Origin: Octopus sinensis
Lineage: Eukaryota
NCBI RefSeq assembly: GCF_006345805.1
Contig: NC_043007.1
Span: 37,200,001 to 37,264,000, forward strand
Reading direction: 5' to 3'
DNA: 64,000 nucleotides
In this document: positions 62,018 through 64,000 of the stretch, one piece after another
How positions within the stretch are numbered: position 1 is the stretch's first letter
Layout of the letters: every line of letters starts with the position of its first letter
Translations under genes and position numbers: made by a program
Notes under the pieces: model-generated
Database searches by the model: none
What the model was told of the DNA's origin: nothing
What the model saw: the letters and a program-made list of their open reading frames with translations, nothing else

Positions 62018-62752
62018 AACAGGGAGAGAAACAAGGAGAGAAAAAAATGTGTAGTAGCTAACGATCTATCATGGCATATATATATATATCAATAGATAGA
62101 TAGATAGATAGATAGAAGGAATTAACAATATATAGTAAGATTTACATTACTTTTATACATAAACAAAAAGAAGCAATATAAATGTTATCATCTGCTACAA
62201 TTTGCAGGATTACAATTTAAATAGTTATGTATGTAACTTGATGTTCTACACCAATATAAAACTCTCGTATATAAAATATATTAGAAAAGTTTTATAAAAT
62301 GATTTTCAGCATAGATTCAAGGCCACAAATTATATCAATGCCAATTCAAGACTTCTTATTATTTCATTGGCAACACCCACCCCACCTCCAAATAAATAAA
62401 TAAAAAATTTTAAACTGTGAAAAAGCAGAGTTGACCAAGCAAGATTTGAATTTACGTGATGCATATATTTGTGATAGATATATTTGTCCAGTGCTCTACT
62501 TTAAGAACAATATTTAGTACATGTATAAAAAGCATAAATGTTGGGAGAGAGTGCATAGTTGATTATATTAACCCAAGAAATATGGAAAGTAAAGATTAAA
62601 CTTGGCAGGATTTTGAAGAGACCATTGTAATAATGATCATAACAAAGGCATCAAGTGTTATTCCTTCTCTCTTGTGGTCTGTCTATGATTATATATATAT
62701 ATATTTTCAACAACTTCATTGAATCTCAGATTTATATAATTCACCGAAATAC

Positions 62753-62812
62753 TTCTCTTCCTTTTGCAGTCCATTTGACAATGTTATGGAGCATTCTTTT
62801 ACTTTGGTGTCC
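62753..62812 (-). CDS. Putative internal exon (60 nt) of an unidentified gene entering from the right edge
   Basis: Polypyrimidine acceptor cttctttatctgcttcag| and donor GAA|GTATTT. The phase-0 frame is open (GHQSKRMLHNIVKWTAKGRE); one alternative frame is also open. No family recognised. Confidence 0.4.
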
Positions 62813-64000
62813 CTGAAGCAGATAAAGAAGCATTGTTATTGTATTATATTCATATCATATATTGCAGTCAGTGTATGTAAAATGGTAAAAATCATTACTG
62901 TGCCTTTGTGGCAAATAACAAAACCATCATCATCACTGTTATAATACATATGACATGGCTGTGTGGTAAAGAAGATCATTTTGCAACCATGTGGTTTTGG
63001 GTTCAGTCCCACTGTGTGACACCTTCTGTTAGTGTCTTTTACAATAGCCCTGGGCTGATAAATGTCTAGTAAGTCAATTTGGTAGACAGAAATTATACGT
63101 AAGTCCATTGAGTATGTGAGTATATCATCATGATCGCTTAATGTCCGCCTTCCATACTGGCATGGGTGGGACAGTTTGACAGGAGCCAGCCAGGAAGAAG
63201 ACTGCACCAGACTTCTGCAACTGTTTTGGCAGGATTTTTACAGCTTCCTAACACTAACCACTCAGCAGAGAGGACTTAGTGCTTTTTATGTGGCACAACT
63301 CAAGTGAGGACAGTTTTGGCAAGGTTTTTACAGCTGGATGCCCCTTCAAACACCATCCACTTTACAGTGTTCCCTCCTCAAATGCCCCTGCCCCTCTCAA
63401 AATTCTTTGTCTTGTGAGTTTCTTGGTGACCCTACCAGTGCTGGTGCCAAGTAAAAAGCATCCAGTCCACACTGTAAAGTGGTTGGCATTTGGAAGGGCA
63501 GCCAGCTGTAAAAATCATACCAAAGTTAACCTCGCCTGTGCTAGTGCCATGTAAAAAGCACTGAACCCATTCTGCAGAGTGGTTGGTGTTAAGAAGGCCA
63601 TCCAGCGGTAAAAGCCCTGTCAAAACAGACACAGTAGCCTGGGATAGTCTTCTACCTGACTGGCTCCTGCCAACCATCCCACCCTCACATGCATGGAAGA
63701 TGGATGTTAAATGATGATGATGACGATACACATACCACAGGTAAAAAAACTAATCAGAAAAGTGGACATTATTAACGATAACGATCATTATTTCCCCTTC
63801 ATATTTGAAGTTATTTGCATCTGCTACTGGGTATTTGTTTACCTTCTCTTGTAGCAAAGATAATTTCAGTAAATCAAAAATTTATTCTGCATGGCATTAT
63901 TGTGATACACACATATGGTGATACACACATATGTGTGTATTTACACACACACATATGGTTTTGTATTGTTTGCTAAAGGAGCAAGATTATGTATATTCCA

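Overview
Eukaryotic, AT-rich and very repeat-dense DNA. The SINE families and (TA/CA)n fields point to an Octopus genome (inferred). One complete host gene is supported: a 5-exon steroid 5-alpha-reductase (SRD5A1/2-like) on the minus strand, CDS join(28465..28757, 21267..21433, 18160..18261, 14932..15082, 2590..2656). It is 780 nt/259 aa with GT-AG introns throughout. Two probable exons of an unidentified minus-strand gene lie at the right end (62753..62812, 59203..59268). The rest is transposon-derived: at least four tRNA-derived SINE families, CR1, RTE, R4-like and HERO-like LINE remnants, a degenerate Ty3/Gypsy LTR element with nested insertions, a Helitron, Tc1 and DD41D (rosa) mariner remnants, piggyBac- and hAT-type MITEs, and a Penelope-like GIY-YIG fragment. 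The most notable unannotated signal is a set of five minimal type-I hammerhead ribozyme or hammerhead-like motifs from about four unrelated sequence families (13942, 14312, 30538, 54738, 61980); most carry an extra nucleotide after the CUGANGA box. Other signals are a foldback mariner derivative, hairpin elements with telomere-like repeats at their centres, a tRNA-Trp primer-binding site extended to about 32 nt, a 227-bp near-perfect palindrome, and an inverted duplication flanking a SINE. Nearly all ORFs in the supplied track are microsatellite or SINE artefacts. There is one 100-N assembly gap. No CRISPR array, rRNA or intact tRNA gene was seen.
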